A stretch of DNA of 64,000 bases, taken from positions 1,760,001-1,824,000 of the forward strand of contig OY843768.1 of assembly GCA_963693095.2 (NCBI GenBank), in the 5' to 3' direction. How positions within the stretch are numbered: position 1 is the stretch's first letter; each line of letters starts with the position of its first letter. This stretch comes from Cenarchaeum sp. GTDB lineage: Archaea > Thermoproteota > Nitrososphaeria > Nitrososphaerales > Nitrosopumilaceae. Positions 9,664 through 20,073 of this stretch are shown piece by piece. The notes under the pieces were generated by a model. It saw nothing but the letters and a program-made list of their open reading frames with translations, did not search any database and had not been told where the DNA came from. Both the position numbers and the translations under genes were made by a program.

Positions 9664-11625
9664 ATGCAACGCAAGCAGCAGCCCCGCGGCAGGCCCGCAG
9701 GCCCAAAAAAAGAGCGAGTGTCCGGCCAGAATATCATGGCTGCCATACTCAAGGGAATACCCGCCGAGTCCGGCGTGCGCAAGATAGAGTACGAGGGCCC
9801 GCGCATCGCGCTATACACGGACACGCCGCGATACCTCATCGAGCACAATGACATTATCTCCAACCTTGTCAACACGATCAAGAAGCGCATAGTCATACGC
9901 ACGCTAGAGGACTCGAGAAAGCCTGAAGACGCGGCGCGCCGCACACTAGTGGGCCTTGTTCCAAAGGATGCCGGCATGCAGGGCATGTTCTTTGACGCGG
10001 CGACCGGAGAGGTCACGCTTGAGGCAAAGCGGCCCTGGCTCCTGCAAAAGGGCGCCTCGTCATTTAGCGCGGCTGACGCCGCCGAGAAGACGGGCTGGAT
10101 ACTGCGAATCAAAAAGGCGCCGACGTTCCAGTCTAGCACGATCCAGGCGATAAACCACAGCCTAAAGGTCTCAGCAACAGAGCGCAGCAAGCAGCTAAAA
10201 AAGATCGGCGATGAGATATTTCGCTCGAGGATAACGACGCGCACGGACGTCTCGCTCTTTACGCTCGGCGGCTTTGGGCAGGTCGGCCGCTCGTGCATGC
10301 TCCTTGCGACGCCAGAGAGCAAGGTCCTCATCGACTGCGGCGTCAATCCCGGCGGCCGCACGCCGTCTGAGTCGTTTCCGCGCCTTGACTGGCTAAACAT
10401 GACAATAGACGACCTTGACGCAATTGTCATCGGCCATGCGCACCTTGACCACACGGGATTCCTCCCTGTCCTCTGCAAGTACGGGTACAGGGGCCCAATA
10501 TACTGCACAGAGCCGACGCTGCCCATGATGAACCTCATACAGCTCGACGCGATAAAGGTCGCCGCCGCGCAGGGCCGCACGCCAATGTACTCAGAGCCAG
10601 ACGTGAGGCAGATAATGAGGCAGACGATCACGCTACCGTACGGCACGGTCACTGACATATCGCCGGACATAAAGCTCGTCCTGGCAAACGCGGGCCATAT
10701 CGTCGGCTCGGCACTCTGCCACTTTCACATAGGCAACGGGGATCACAACTTTGTCTATTCGGGGGACATAAAGTTCGCCAAGAGCGCGCTATTTGAGGCG
10801 GCGAGCTGGAACTTTCCGAGGGCAGAAACGCTCCTCATCGAGTCCACATATGGCGCAAAGGAGGACATACAGCCCTCGCGCCAGGAGGTCGAGACGCTCT
10901 TTGTCAGGCTAGTCAACGAGACGCTCAACGCAGGCGGCAAGGTCATAATCCCGATACCCGCAGTGGGGCGCGCGCAGGAGATAATGATGGTAATAGACGG
11001 ATACATGAAGTCCGGCCAGATGACTGAGGCGCCGGTCTTTACAGAGGGCATGATAACTGAGGCCTCTGCAATCCACGAGACGCACCCTGACTATCTCGCG
11101 CGCGAGCTGCGCCAAAAGATACTAGAGACAGACGACAACCCGTTTGACTCTGAATATTTCACAAACATCGAGCACGCCAATGCGCGAGACGAGCCGCTGC
11201 GCGAGGGCTCACCATGCATCATCATGGCAACATCGGGAATGTTGGAGGGCGGCCCAATACTCGAGTACTTTCGCGAACTCGTCACCGATGAGCGCAACCT
11301 CCTGCTCTTTGTGTCATACCAGGTCAACGGCACGCTCGGGAGGCGCGTCCTTGATGGCGCAAAGCAGGTCTCGCTTCTTGGCAAGGGCGGCAAGGTCAGC
11401 GTCGTTAGCGTAAAGTCAAGGATGGAAAAGCTCGACGGCTTTAGCGGTCACAGTGACTATAACCAGCTAATGTCGTTTGTGCAGAGGCTGCGCCCAAAGC
11501 TGCGGCGCGTTCTTGTCAACCATGGGGAACGGCGCAAGTCAGACAACCTGTCGGCGTCCATCAGGAGACTTTACAGGATTCCTGCGCACAATCCGCAGAT
11601 ACAAGAAGCGATCAGGCTATTTTAG
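9664..11625 (+). CDS. fttA: aCPSF1/FttA KH + metallo-beta-lactamase/beta-CASP ribonuclease
   Basis: EYEGP, HAHLDH, AGHIVGS, FSGHSD; canonical position after psmB. Confidence 0.93.
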   Translation: MQRKQQPRGRPAGPKKERVSGQNIMAAILKGIPAESGVRKIEYEGPRIALYTDTPRYLIEHNDIISNLVNTIKKRIVIRTLEDSRKPEDAARRTLVGLVPKDAGMQGMFFDAATGEVTLEAKRPWLLQKGASSFSAADAAEKTGWILRIKKAPTFQSSTIQAINHSLKVSATERSKQLKKIGDEIFRSRITTRTDVSLFTLGGFGQVGRSCMLLATPESKVLIDCGVNPGGRTPSESFPRLDWLNMTIDDLDAIVIGHAHLDHTGFLPVLCKYGYRGPIYCTEPTLPMMNLIQLDAIKVAAAQGRTPMYSEPDVRQIMRQTITLPYGTVTDISPDIKLVLANAGHIVGSALCHFHIGNGDHNFVYSGDIKFAKSALFEAASWNFPRAETLLIESTYGAKEDIQPSRQEVETLFVRLVNETLNAGGKVIIPIPAVGRAQEIMMVIDGYMKSGQMTEAPVFTEGMITEASAIHETHPDYLARELRQKILETDDNPFDSEYFTNIEHANARDEPLREGSPCIIMATSGMLEGGPILEYFRELVTDERNLLLFVSYQVNGTLGRRVLDGAKQVSLLGKGGKVSVVSVKSRMEKLDGFSGHSDYNQLMSFVQRLRPKLRRVLVNHGERRKSDNLSASIRRLYRIPAHNPQIQEAIRLF

Positions 11626-11895
11626 GCCATAGTCTGGCTTCCAGATCTTTATCCTTGATGGCGTGACGATTATGCGCTCCTCGCCGAGGCGCGCAATGTC
11701 ATAGCCGTTCTCCTTTGCGAGCTCATAGAGCTCCGAGACGAGTGCGCGCAGCTTTGCGACGTCCTTGTTTGCCAACGGCGTGACGCGGAGTATGAGGACC
11801 ATGCCTCCCCTGACATCCTCGCGTATCTGGCGCATGTCGCTGGGGTCACGTATCGTGATGGCCTTGAGGTATGTCGGCGCTTCCTGCCTCTGCAT
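11617..11895 (-). CDS. SepF/DUF552-like protein
   Basis: ILRVTPL...DIARLGEERIIVTP..IKI; start at ATG 11895. Confidence 0.75.
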   Translation of the reverse strand: MQRQEAPTYLKAITIRDPSDMRQIREDVRGGMVLILRVTPLANKDVAKLRALVSELYELAKENGYDIARLGEERIIVTPSRIKIWKPDYGLK

Positions 11896-11948
11896 TGCGT
11901 CCGTGCGCGCGGCCTTCCCCTTGAAATACCTTTTTTGTCCCTTCGCGC

Positions 11949-12947
11949 CTAGAGCATGACTTCGGCGTAGGACTCCTCGCGGGCAGGCCCCACGACGAGC
12001 TCGCCGGAGCGGGCGCCGGCAAGCCTTACCTTGCCGTCCTCGCCGGCCGGCGAGTCCGAGTAGCGCAGGGTGACAGACGCGCAAAACTCGACATGCTCGC
12101 CGGCGTCGAGCCCGCGAACAAGCGAGACGGGTCCCACGTGATCTGCGGCCTCGAGGACAATGTCATCGGGAAGCGCAAGTGCGCGTATCGTCTCGTTCTC
12201 GTCATGGTTTCTGCCAACGATAAGGCGCGCGTTGTCACCTAGCCTAAAGTGGCGGCCAACCTTTAGCAAGTCGACGTCGTTTATTGTTGGCGTCTGCGTG
12301 TGCGCAAAGAGATCCTTTGCGCGTCGGCCAAACGACTTGTCAGTTAGGAGACAGCCGCCACCCGCGTTTGGCGGGTTTGCGATGCCGTACTCGCGTGCCA
12401 TGCGCAACTGTGAGCGCCGGCTCCGGCCCCTGATCATGCCGAGGTCCTCGCGCCGTATGAGGCCGTCGCGCTCTGCATCAGTCTCCGGAAGGAGCGCGCC
12501 GCTGAGCGGGCGCACTATCTTGCCCTGGAGCTTTGAGTCCTTTTCTATGATCCTCATTGCGTCACGGTGCTGGCTCATCGGGCGCTGGCCCAACACCTCG
12601 CCGGATATGACAAACTCGGCGCCAATCTCCTCCATGCGCTCCTTGGCCGCATCGAACATCATCGCGCGGCAGTCAACGCAAGGGTTCATGCCGGCACCGA
12701 TCCCGTGCTTTGGCTTTTTTAGCATCTCGATATACTCGTCACCAAGGTATACGGTCTTTAGGTCGACGCCGAGCTCCTCGGCCCTCTCCCTGATCTCAAA
12801 ACCGCACCCGCGCCCGCAGTCAAAGTCGCAGAACGGCGTCTTTATGGCGACAGCCGAGACCTCAAAGCCTCGATCCTGCATCATGCGCACGGCGAGCTGG
12901 CTGTCGAGTCCTCCCGAGAGCAGCGCGACGACCTTTTTCTTGGCCAT
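11949..12947 (-). CDS. PP-loop tRNA thiouridylase-like protein (ThiI/MnmA-related)
   Basis: LSGGLDS, NPCVDCR, GEVLGQRPMSQ, GGCLLTD, GRHFR. Confidence 0.85.
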   Translation of the reverse strand: MAKKKVVALLSGGLDSQLAVRMMQDRGFEVSAVAIKTPFCDFDCGRGCGFEIRERAEELGVDLKTVYLGDEYIEMLKKPKHGIGAGMNPCVDCRAMMFDAAKERMEEIGAEFVISGEVLGQRPMSQHRDAMRIIEKDSKLQGKIVRPLSGALLPETDAERDGLIRREDLGMIRGRSRRSQLRMAREYGIANPPNAGGGCLLTDKSFGRRAKDLFAHTQTPTINDVDLLKVGRHFRLGDNARLIVGRNHDENETIRALALPDDIVLEAADHVGPVSLVRGLDAGEHVEFCASVTLRYSDSPAGEDGKVRLAGARSGELVVGPAREESYAEVML

Positions 12948-13094
12948 TCTGACCGGCGCGCGCGCCGGACCGCCTTATACGACTTTGCCACGGGCGTGGC
13001 CGGACGGCCTCCCCTGACGGGTTCCCCGCGCATGGATTCGGGCCGTGCGGCCCGCGTTCAACAGAGATAAATGGCAATGTGCGCGCAGCGTGCC

Positions 13095-14159
13095 ATGAAG
13101 AAGCGCAGGGTCAAGCTCATGGCTCACGCACGCGAGGCCGGCGCCGGCGCGCTCGTCGCATACGAGCCAGAAAACCTGTTCTACATGACGGGGTTCTGGG
13201 GCGAGGCCACCGGAGTCCTCGGAGAGGACGGCCGCATGACCATCGTAGCGCCTGCCCTCGAGGCCGAGAGGGCAGAGCGTGACTCTGTTGACTGTGAGGT
13301 CATATCGACAGACAGGGGCGCGCCGATGGCCCGCACGCTCTCCTCGCTTGTCGGCAAGGGCGTCATATGCACGGACTGCCGCGATCCGGCCGCGCTGCGA
13401 GAGCTCAAAAAGGCAAGCGGCGAGGCCAGACAGGACGACACGCCGTTCACCGAGTCGCGCATGATAAAGGACGTGCATGAGGTTCGCGCGCTTCAGCACG
13501 CGTCTTCAGTCATAGACAAGATGTTTGAGCTCTGCACAAGTGTCATGTGCGCCGGAATGCGCGAGTCTGAGCTCCAGGCAAAGCTAATGTCGTATGCTGC
13601 AGAGAACGAGCTATTTGACACGGGATACAGGTACACGACAAACCCGCTCATCATAGCGAGCGGCCCAAACTCTGCGCTGCCACATGCGCAGGTCACACAG
13701 AGAAAGTTTGAGCGCGGAGACCTCGTCACCGTCGATATCACGCTGCGCTATCGCGGGTATGTGTCTGATGCGACGCGCACGTTTGGAGTCGGCTCTGTCG
13801 GCGACAAGCAGCGCGAAGTCTATGCGATTGTAAAGGAGGCCCAAGAGCGCGGACTAGACGCGCTTGCGCTAAACGCGTCATGCAAGTCGATAGACTCTGC
13901 GTGCCGCGATCACATATTCTCAGAGGGGTACGGCGCGCGCTTTGTCCACTCGACAGGGCACGGCATTGGCCTTGACGTGCATGAGGAGCCCTCGATCTCG
14001 GCGCGCAGCACGCGTGACCTAGTGCGGGGCATGACAATAACAGTCGAGCCCGGAATATACATTCCGCGCACGTTTGGCGTGAGAATAGAGGACTCTGTCA
14101 TCGTGCGCAAGCGGCCGGCTGCGCTCCACGAGTTCACAAAGGACCTAGTTGTCGTCTGA
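13095..14159 (+). CDS. Xaa-Pro aminopeptidase (M24)
   Basis: SALPH, SDATRT, HSTGHGIGLDVHE, TVEPGIY, GVRIED. Confidence 0.93.
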   Translation: MKKRRVKLMAHAREAGAGALVAYEPENLFYMTGFWGEATGVLGEDGRMTIVAPALEAERAERDSVDCEVISTDRGAPMARTLSSLVGKGVICTDCRDPAALRELKKASGEARQDDTPFTESRMIKDVHEVRALQHASSVIDKMFELCTSVMCAGMRESELQAKLMSYAAENELFDTGYRYTTNPLIIASGPNSALPHAQVTQRKFERGDLVTVDITLRYRGYVSDATRTFGVGSVGDKQREVYAIVKEAQERGLDALALNASCKSIDSACRDHIFSEGYGARFVHSTGHGIGLDVHEEPSISARSTRDLVRGMTITVEPGIYIPRTFGVRIEDSVIVRKRPAALHEFTKDLVVV

Positions 14160-15383
14160 GGCAACGCGTGCCTCGATGGCGACCCTCACGGCGCGCGCGA
14201 GCTCGGCGGCCGTGCGCCTGCGCCGCGGGCCGGTCCTCTTGCCGCGCTCTAGTATGACTGTCGCGCGCCGGCCCCCAGTGCGCCCCCCCACGTCATTGGC
14301 CACGACAATGTCCGCGTCGCACTTTGCCATCTTTGAGCGCGCAGACGAGACGAGCCTTGCGTGCGAGACGCCGGCCTCGGCCTTGAAGGCCACGATGACG
14401 GCCTTTGGGCACGCGCTGCGGATGCCGTCGACTATCTTTGGCGTGGGCACGAGCCTGAGCGTGAGGGCGGCCCGCCGGCTCGGCATCTTTGAGCGTGACT
14501 GGGAGGACGGGGCATAGTCTGAGACGGCTGCTGCCATGACGACAATGTCAGTGCCTGCCCGAAGCTCGGCCCGCACGGCGCGCGCCATCTCGGCGGCGCT
14601 AGTCACGCTGGTGACGCCGATGCCTTCAGGCGGGCGCACGCACGCCGGCCCGTAGACCATCCGCACGCGCGCGCCGGCGGCGGCGAGCTCGGATGCCACG
14701 AGCGTGCCCGTCTCGCCCGTGCTGTGCGACACTATGGACCGGACCGCGTCGATGCGCTCAGAGGTCGGGCCGGCCACGACGAGTGCGCGCTTGCCGCGCA
14801 GGGCACTCGAGGCGCCCAGGACTTCTAGTGCGCGGCGCAGGACGGCCTCGGGCTCGGGGGCCTTTGCCTTTCCCTCCAGGATCGTAGGCTCGACGAACTC
14901 TATGCTCTTGCGCAGGAATGCCGTGTTGCGCCGCACGGCCGGATTTGCGTGCATCGAGGCGTGCATTGCCATGCACGCGATGATCGGTATCTTTGAGCCA
15001 AGGGCCACTGTCAGGACAGTCGCCACCGGCGTGTCATCTATTCCCGAGGCGAGCTTGCCTATCGTGTTGGCAGTTGCCGGATACACTACGACGAGGTCAG
15101 ACCTGCCATAGTCAGCAAGCTCGACGTGCTCGAGCCTTCCGGTGAGCCTGGTGACTGGCGCGTTGCCTGTCGCCCATCGAAAGTACTCTGGCCTTATGAG
15201 GCGCGTTGCCGCAGAGCTGAGCACGCACGTGACGTCGGCCCCGTGGCGCATGAGTAGGCGCGCGACGTCTATGGCCCTGTATGCGGCGACGCTGCCGGCC
15301 ACGCAGAGAACGACCCTCCTTCCGGCGAGGCCAGAGCCTTCTGAGCCGGTGATGTCCTTTGCGACGGTGCGCCTTGCCATCAT
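14145..15383 (-). CDS. coaBC: Phosphopantothenoylcysteine decarboxylase/ligase
   Basis: GSVAAY, EHVELA, PATANTIGK, AAVSDY, FKAE, VVAND. Confidence 0.93.
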   Translation of the reverse strand: MMARRTVAKDITGSEGSGLAGRRVVLCVAGSVAAYRAIDVARLLMRHGADVTCVLSSAATRLIRPEYFRWATGNAPVTRLTGRLEHVELADYGRSDLVVVYPATANTIGKLASGIDDTPVATVLTVALGSKIPIIACMAMHASMHANPAVRRNTAFLRKSIEFVEPTILEGKAKAPEPEAVLRRALEVLGASSALRGKRALVVAGPTSERIDAVRSIVSHSTGETGTLVASELAAAGARVRMVYGPACVRPPEGIGVTSVTSAAEMARAVRAELRAGTDIVVMAAAVSDYAPSSQSRSKMPSRRAALTLRLVPTPKIVDGIRSACPKAVIVAFKAEAGVSHARLVSSARSKMAKCDADIVVANDVGGRTGGRRATVILERGKRTGPRRRRTAAELARAVRVAIEARVASDDN

Positions 15384-16168
15384 GTGCCCCCCATCGAGAA
15401 CGAGTGGGCCTCTGAGGGAAATGCGCCAGACTCGACATCACTGCGGTACTCGGACGCGGCAGCCGTTATCTCTGAGGCGAGGTCTCGATACCTCTTTGCA
15501 AACGATGGCCGAATGCGCTCGTACATGCCGAGCATGTCGTGCGCAACGAGAACCTGCCCGTCACACGAGGATCCCGAGCCGATCCCAATGGTCGGGATGC
15601 CAACTGACGCAGTCACGTCTGCAGCAGCCTCCGAGCTGACCATCTCTAGGACCATCGCAAACGCGCCGGCGGACTCTAGTGCGCGCGCCGCACCCACGAG
15701 GCCCACGGCATCCTCGCGCGTGAGCCCGTGTCTCCTGGTTCCCGTCGAGGTCTGCGGCTGGTAGCCGATGTGGCCCATGACTGGCACCCCCGAGGCGACG
15801 ATTGCGGCAACTTGCGCGCAGACCTCTGTGCCGCCCTCGACCTTTACGCCCTGCGCGCCGGCGGCAACTAGCGCACGCGCCCCAGAGACGGCCGAGTCCT
15901 CATTGTCGTATGACCCGATGGGCATGTCCGAGACAACAAGGGCCTGTGCGCGTGCTGCGGCCACTGCGCGCGTAAAGATGGCCATCTCGTCCATGCTGAC
16001 ACCGTGCGTAGAGTCCTGCCCCATGATCACCATTCCGGCGCTGTCGCCGACTAGGAGAATGTCGATTCTGGCGCGATCAAGTAGCGTGGCCATCGTCGCG
16101 TCATACGCAGTCACGCACGATATCCTCCTTGCGCCCTTTAGGGCCGTGATCTCCCTAGCAGAGGCCAC
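15380..16168 (-). CDS. panB: Ketopantoate hydroxymethyltransferase
   Basis: TAYD, LVGDS, DMP, VKVEGG, HIGYQPQ, IGIGSG..CDGQVLV. Confidence 0.95.
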   Translation of the reverse strand: MASAREITALKGARRISCVTAYDATMATLLDRARIDILLVGDSAGMVIMGQDSTHGVSMDEMAIFTRAVAAARAQALVVSDMPIGSYDNEDSAVSGARALVAAGAQGVKVEGGTEVCAQVAAIVASGVPVMGHIGYQPQTSTGTRRHGLTREDAVGLVGAARALESAGAFAMVLEMVSSEAAADVTASVGIPTIGIGSGSSCDGQVLVAHDMLGMYERIRPSFAKRYRDLASEITAAASEYRSDVESGAFPSEAHSFSMGGT

Positions 16169-16925
16169 GGCCTGCCATCCTCCCTAGTCGCACGTTGATG
16201 TCATGTATGTGCCCCGCGAGGGCATCGGCGTTGTCATGTGCGGCGACGATTCGCGCGAGCCGACTGCCGCCTGCACGCCGAAGCGTCGAGCAGCGCGAGG
16301 CGAGCAGGCCCATGGCCCGCACGACATTGTCGACTATGGTGATGTCTGCGGCTCGCGCGGTCCGCGAGAGCGGGTTGAGGTCTATGGCGATGACCCGCTT
16401 GCCGGCCCGCACTAGGGCCTCGGCTCGGTCGCCGTCCTCGAGGGGAACGAGGACGACGTCAGCGGCGGCGATGCCGCGCGAGTCGATGATGCGCCGTGCC
16501 GAGTCTAGGCCACCGAGCCTCACCTGCGAGGATCGCGAGACGCCAAGAACCCCGCGCGCGCCGAGGGACGCAAGGCGCGCGGCTATCTTTTTGCGGCGCG
16601 CGATGCTGTCATAGAACAGGTTTACCTCTAGGCGCGCACCGGCTGCGCGCGCAACGCCGATGGCCTCCCTTGCGCAGAGTGCGGCCACGTTGCCGTTGAC
16701 CGAGACGACTGGCCGCTCGGCGAGGAGGAGCATTGCGGCTGCCGCACTGATCGACGAGCGCGCGCGCCGGCTCGTGCGCTCGCCGAGGAGATAGTCAAAG
16801 GCCTCGCCGCGTCCGTGCGCAATGAGGCCCTCATGGGCCACGAGTCCGGCACCAAACCCGGAGACGAGGCCCTCGCGGATGCGCAGCGACTCGGCGCGCG
16901 GATGTGATCGCGGAATGTGGCCCAT
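16155..16925 (-). CDS. Archaeal phosphopantothenate synthetase
   Basis: IPRSHPR, IAHGRGEAFDYLLGE, SVNGN, LEDGDR, IDLNPLSRT; start ATG 16925. Confidence 0.93.
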   Translation of the reverse strand: MGHIPRSHPRAESLRIREGLVSGFGAGLVAHEGLIAHGRGEAFDYLLGERTSRRARSSISAAAAMLLLAERPVVSVNGNVAALCAREAIGVARAAGARLEVNLFYDSIARRKKIAARLASLGARGVLGVSRSSQVRLGGLDSARRIIDSRGIAAADVVLVPLEDGDRAEALVRAGKRVIAIDLNPLSRTARAADITIVDNVVRAMGLLASRCSTLRRAGGSRLARIVAAHDNADALAGHIHDINVRLGRMAGRGLC

Positions 16926-16939
16926 CGTGCGCGCACCGA

Positions 16940-17824
16940 CTATTCGAGGCGCGCTCCGGCATTGTCGACACTTGAGCGCAAGACCTGACCGCCGCATGAG
17001 CCGAGTATGCGCAGCGCGCGCGGTTCTGAGCCAGAGTCGACCATGGCAAAGACCGTCTCGCCAAAGAGCGCAACGCCGCACGCAATCCCAGCATCGCGCA
17101 GCGCGTCCATCACGTCGCGCATGCGTGGCGTGATGACATTGATGTATCCGGCAAAGCGCGCTGACATGTCCTGGAATGCCCGACTGTCGCGCGACGAGCG
17201 GAGCTCCTCGACCATCCTGCCGCCCAGGCCGTTTATGCTCTCTATCCTGTCCGTGATAAAGTCGTGCGTTGACATTGGCGCAAAGCACACGAGGGCGACG
17301 CGCGAGTCAGACGGGGTTCTCTCCACAATGCCAACGCCGGGCGCGCCAGCAGTAGTCCTGATCTCAAATCCGCCATCAAGGGCGCCGGCAACATCGCCGA
17401 GGCCGGTCCTGCACTCGATCTCGGCAGTGTGCGCGACCTGTGCGGCGCGCTGGCGCGAGAGGCCTGTCCCTAGCGCGGCGTTTAGCGCAAGCGAGAGCGA
17501 GAGCGCAACGGCGGCACTCGAGCCGAGGCCATAGCCGACTGGCACGCCGATCTCGTGGTGAACCCTAATGGAGTGGGGGCGCTCCAAGAGCGCCTCATAC
17601 CTAGTGATCACGGCCTTTGAGACGGCAGTGTCTGCAGTACTGTGGCCGCCGGCCCGTATGTCGCTCTGTGGCGCCGCTGACGGCTCGGCCTCGACGACGG
17701 TCCGAACGCCGTGCGCGATCGAGAATCCGGCTCCCATCGAGCCGGCCCTGAGCGCATCGGCCGTGTCCATCTCGGCCTTGAAGAAGCCTGTGATGTGCGC
17801 CGGGCAGAATGCCACACCCCTCAT
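16940..17824 (-). CDS. Archaeal pantoate kinase (GHMP family)
   Basis: PAHITGFF, GSMGAG, PVGYGLGSSAA, TGLGDV. Confidence 0.92.
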   Translation of the reverse strand: MRGVAFCPAHITGFFKAEMDTADALRAGSMGAGFSIAHGVRTVVEAEPSAAPQSDIRAGGHSTADTAVSKAVITRYEALLERPHSIRVHHEIGVPVGYGLGSSAAVALSLSLALNAALGTGLSRQRAAQVAHTAEIECRTGLGDVAGALDGGFEIRTTAGAPGVGIVERTPSDSRVALVCFAPMSTHDFITDRIESINGLGGRMVEELRSSRDSRAFQDMSARFAGYINVITPRMRDVMDALRDAGIACGVALFGETVFAMVDSGSEPRALRILGSCGGQVLRSSVDNAGARLE

Positions 17825-17887
17825 GCGTGAGCCTAAATTATGGGCAAAATATAAAAATACGGATTAAATCCCTTAAACCAGTTTAAA

Positions 17888-18874
17888 TTGGCTAAATTCC
17901 GCCGACGCCTGCAGAGGATTGGGAGCAGCATGCTCGTCTCGCTGCCAAAGGAGTGGGTCGATGCCAACTCGCTCGCAAAGGGCGCCGAAGTCGGCCTCGA
18001 GACCGAGCGCGACACGCTAGTCCTGAGCGCCTCCGGCGAGTCGACGCCGGCGCGCGAGCTCGAGATATCATACCCCCTGCCCGGCAGGGAGAACATTGTC
18101 GCAAACATCACGGGCGCGTACCTACTGGGCTATGACATCATCCGCATCGCCGGCGAGGGCGACATTCCGGCAGCAGACCACGACAACATACGCCACGCGA
18201 TGAGGCGCCTCGTCGGCATGGAGATAGTCGAGGAGAGCGGCCAGGGAGTGAGTATGCAGTTTCTGCCCGATGCGACGACACTCCGGCCGCAGATGATACT
18301 AAAGAGGATGAACGCGATTGTGGTGGGCATGCATGGTGAGATACTCGCGGCGATAAAGTCACGCGACCGGTCTGGACTGCGCGCGCTTGCGAGCAGGGAT
18401 GACGAGGTCAACCGGCAGTACTTTTTGCTCGTCCGCCTCATACGCAGCGTCATGACCGACCGGCGCCTTGCCAGCGCGTTTAGCCTCGCGAATATCGACG
18501 TTCTTGACTATCGCATTGCGGCAAACCTCGTCGAGGGGGCCGGTGACGCCGTAGTCGAGCTCGCCAATGCGCTCGCCGAGACGACGGTTCCGCAGGCAGA
18601 CTTGACTAGAATGCATGACATGGCCAAAAACTCTGCGCGCGTCGCCGACCTTGCAGTCGAGGCGCTCATCACGCGCAGCCGTGCCACTGCGATCGAGGCC
18701 ATACGAGAGCACCGCGAGTTCCAGAAAAAGATAGCCTCACTGAGGTCATCCCTCGAGCGACGCGGCGGGGTTCAGCTTGACTATCTTGACATTCTGCACA
18801 TGTTTGAGCGCGTCGAGCGCTCGTGGGCTGATGTGGCCGACCTTATCACGCCAGACTATGGGGAGCGCGAGTAG
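17888..18874 (+). CDS. AbrB + PhoU phosphate-uptake regulator
   Basis: RRLQRIGSS..VSLPKEW, AYLLGYD, RDDEVNR, ERVE. Confidence 0.88.
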   Translation: MAKFRRRLQRIGSSMLVSLPKEWVDANSLAKGAEVGLETERDTLVLSASGESTPARELEISYPLPGRENIVANITGAYLLGYDIIRIAGEGDIPAADHDNIRHAMRRLVGMEIVEESGQGVSMQFLPDATTLRPQMILKRMNAIVVGMHGEILAAIKSRDRSGLRALASRDDEVNRQYFLLVRLIRSVMTDRRLASAFSLANIDVLDYRIAANLVEGAGDAVVELANALAETTVPQADLTRMHDMAKNSARVADLAVEALITRSRATAIEAIREHREFQKKIASLRSSLERRGGVQLDYLDILHMFERVERSWADVADLITPDYGERE

Positions 18875-18962
18875 GCCGCGCACCGGCCTGACATCGGCAA
18901 CGCCAAGGCTCGCAAGTGTTGTCGCGCAGGGATCTGTGGTCACCTCGCCATATTTTAGAAAC

Positions 18963-19037
18963 GGGACGACGGAGCGGCTATACAACCGCAGCCGCCGCCC
19001 CTGGGGTGGCCATCAGACCGGCTTTGCACCTTGAGTC
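18963..19037 (-). ncRNA. DUF3800-associated structured RNA, copy 1
   Basis: Two-hairpin fold with covariation against copies 2-6; TTTACAA box at 19057-19063 on the minus strand. Confidence 0.7.
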
Positions 19038-19120
19038 AGGCTGCCGGACGGGAGCCTTGTAAACATATCTCGAAACCTCGTGCGTAGTCCTGTGGATCAA
19101 CTCTGCCATATTTTAGAAAC

Positions 19121-19195
19121 GGGACGGCGGTGCGGCCATACAACCGCCCCCGCCGCCCCTAGGGCGGCCTCCAGACAGGCGTTTCACCTTGAGTC
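19121..19195 (-). ncRNA. DUF3800-associated structured RNA, copy 2
   Basis: Same fold; GCCT-GTCTGG-AGGC hairpin. Confidence 0.7.
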
Positions 19196-19278
19196 AGGCT
19201 GCCGGACGGGAGCCTTGTAAACATATCTCGAAACCTCGTGCGTAGTCCTGTGGATCAACTCTGCCATATTTTAGAAAC

Positions 19279-19353
19279 GGGACGGCGGTGCGGCCTTACA
19301 ACCGCCCCCGCCGCCCCTAGGGCGGCCTCCAGACAGGCGTTTCACCTTGAGTC
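19279..19353 (-). ncRNA. DUF3800-associated structured RNA, copy 3
   Basis: Same fold; 3' hairpin loop GTAA (GNRA). Confidence 0.7.
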
Positions 19354-19436
19354 AGGCTGCCGGACGGGAGCCTTGTAAACATATCTCGAAACCTCGTGCG
19401 TAGTCCTGTGGATCAACTCTGCCATATTTTAGAAAC

Positions 19437-19511
19437 GGGACGACGGTGCGGCCTTACAACCGCCCCCGCCGCCCCTAGGGCGGCCTTCAGACAGGCGTTT
19501 CACCTTGAGTC
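19437..19511 (-). ncRNA. DUF3800-associated structured RNA, copy 4
   Basis: Same fold; canonical TTTATAA box at 19531-19537 on the minus strand. Confidence 0.7.
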
Positions 19512-20073
19512 AGGCTGTCGGACAGGAGCATTATAAACATATCTCTGGGCCTCGTGCGTAATCCTGTGGGTCACCCCTGGATGCGCTCAACCACGCATTG
19601 CCCTGAACCAGTTCTGGCACATGTTCGACTATTGGGGTCTGACTGGACTAGATCGCCGTCGGAACGCTGTCCCTGCGATCACAACTTGTCAACACAACGG
19701 ATCAACTTTGTAAAGAATTGTTGCGGGATCATGACAAAAGCATGCACGAGTGTTAATTGCAGATGACGGGATCAACACGCGCGATCATGATCGCAAACGA
19801 TCACCATGCCGATCCAACAACGGTGCACCCATTGTGTGTTGGAGCCAGGTGGGCAGAATGGTAGAATGGAAGGCCTACGTAGACGAATCGGGCAAGGATG
19901 GAAAAAGTACCCATTTTGTACTCGCGTGCATTACAGGAAGTCCAGAAAATCTGATAAGATTAATTGACAGTATACGTGGATTTAAACGTGGATTGATGCC
20001 AGAATATGATCCTGGCGTATGGGAACTACATGGGAAAAATATAATGCGAGGGTATGGACGCAAAAAAAACCTA

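Larger units (their letters stand above)
18947..19570. repeat. Four tandem copies of a 158-bp unit (TATA-like box + ~75-nt structured element)
   Basis: GCCATATTTTAGAAACGGGAC recurs at 18947, 19105, 19263 and 19421. Confidence 0.97.

Noticed and set aside
18947-19570. 158-bp array as a CRISPR array
   Set aside because: Units are near-identical over their whole length, with no unique spacers and no cas operon.
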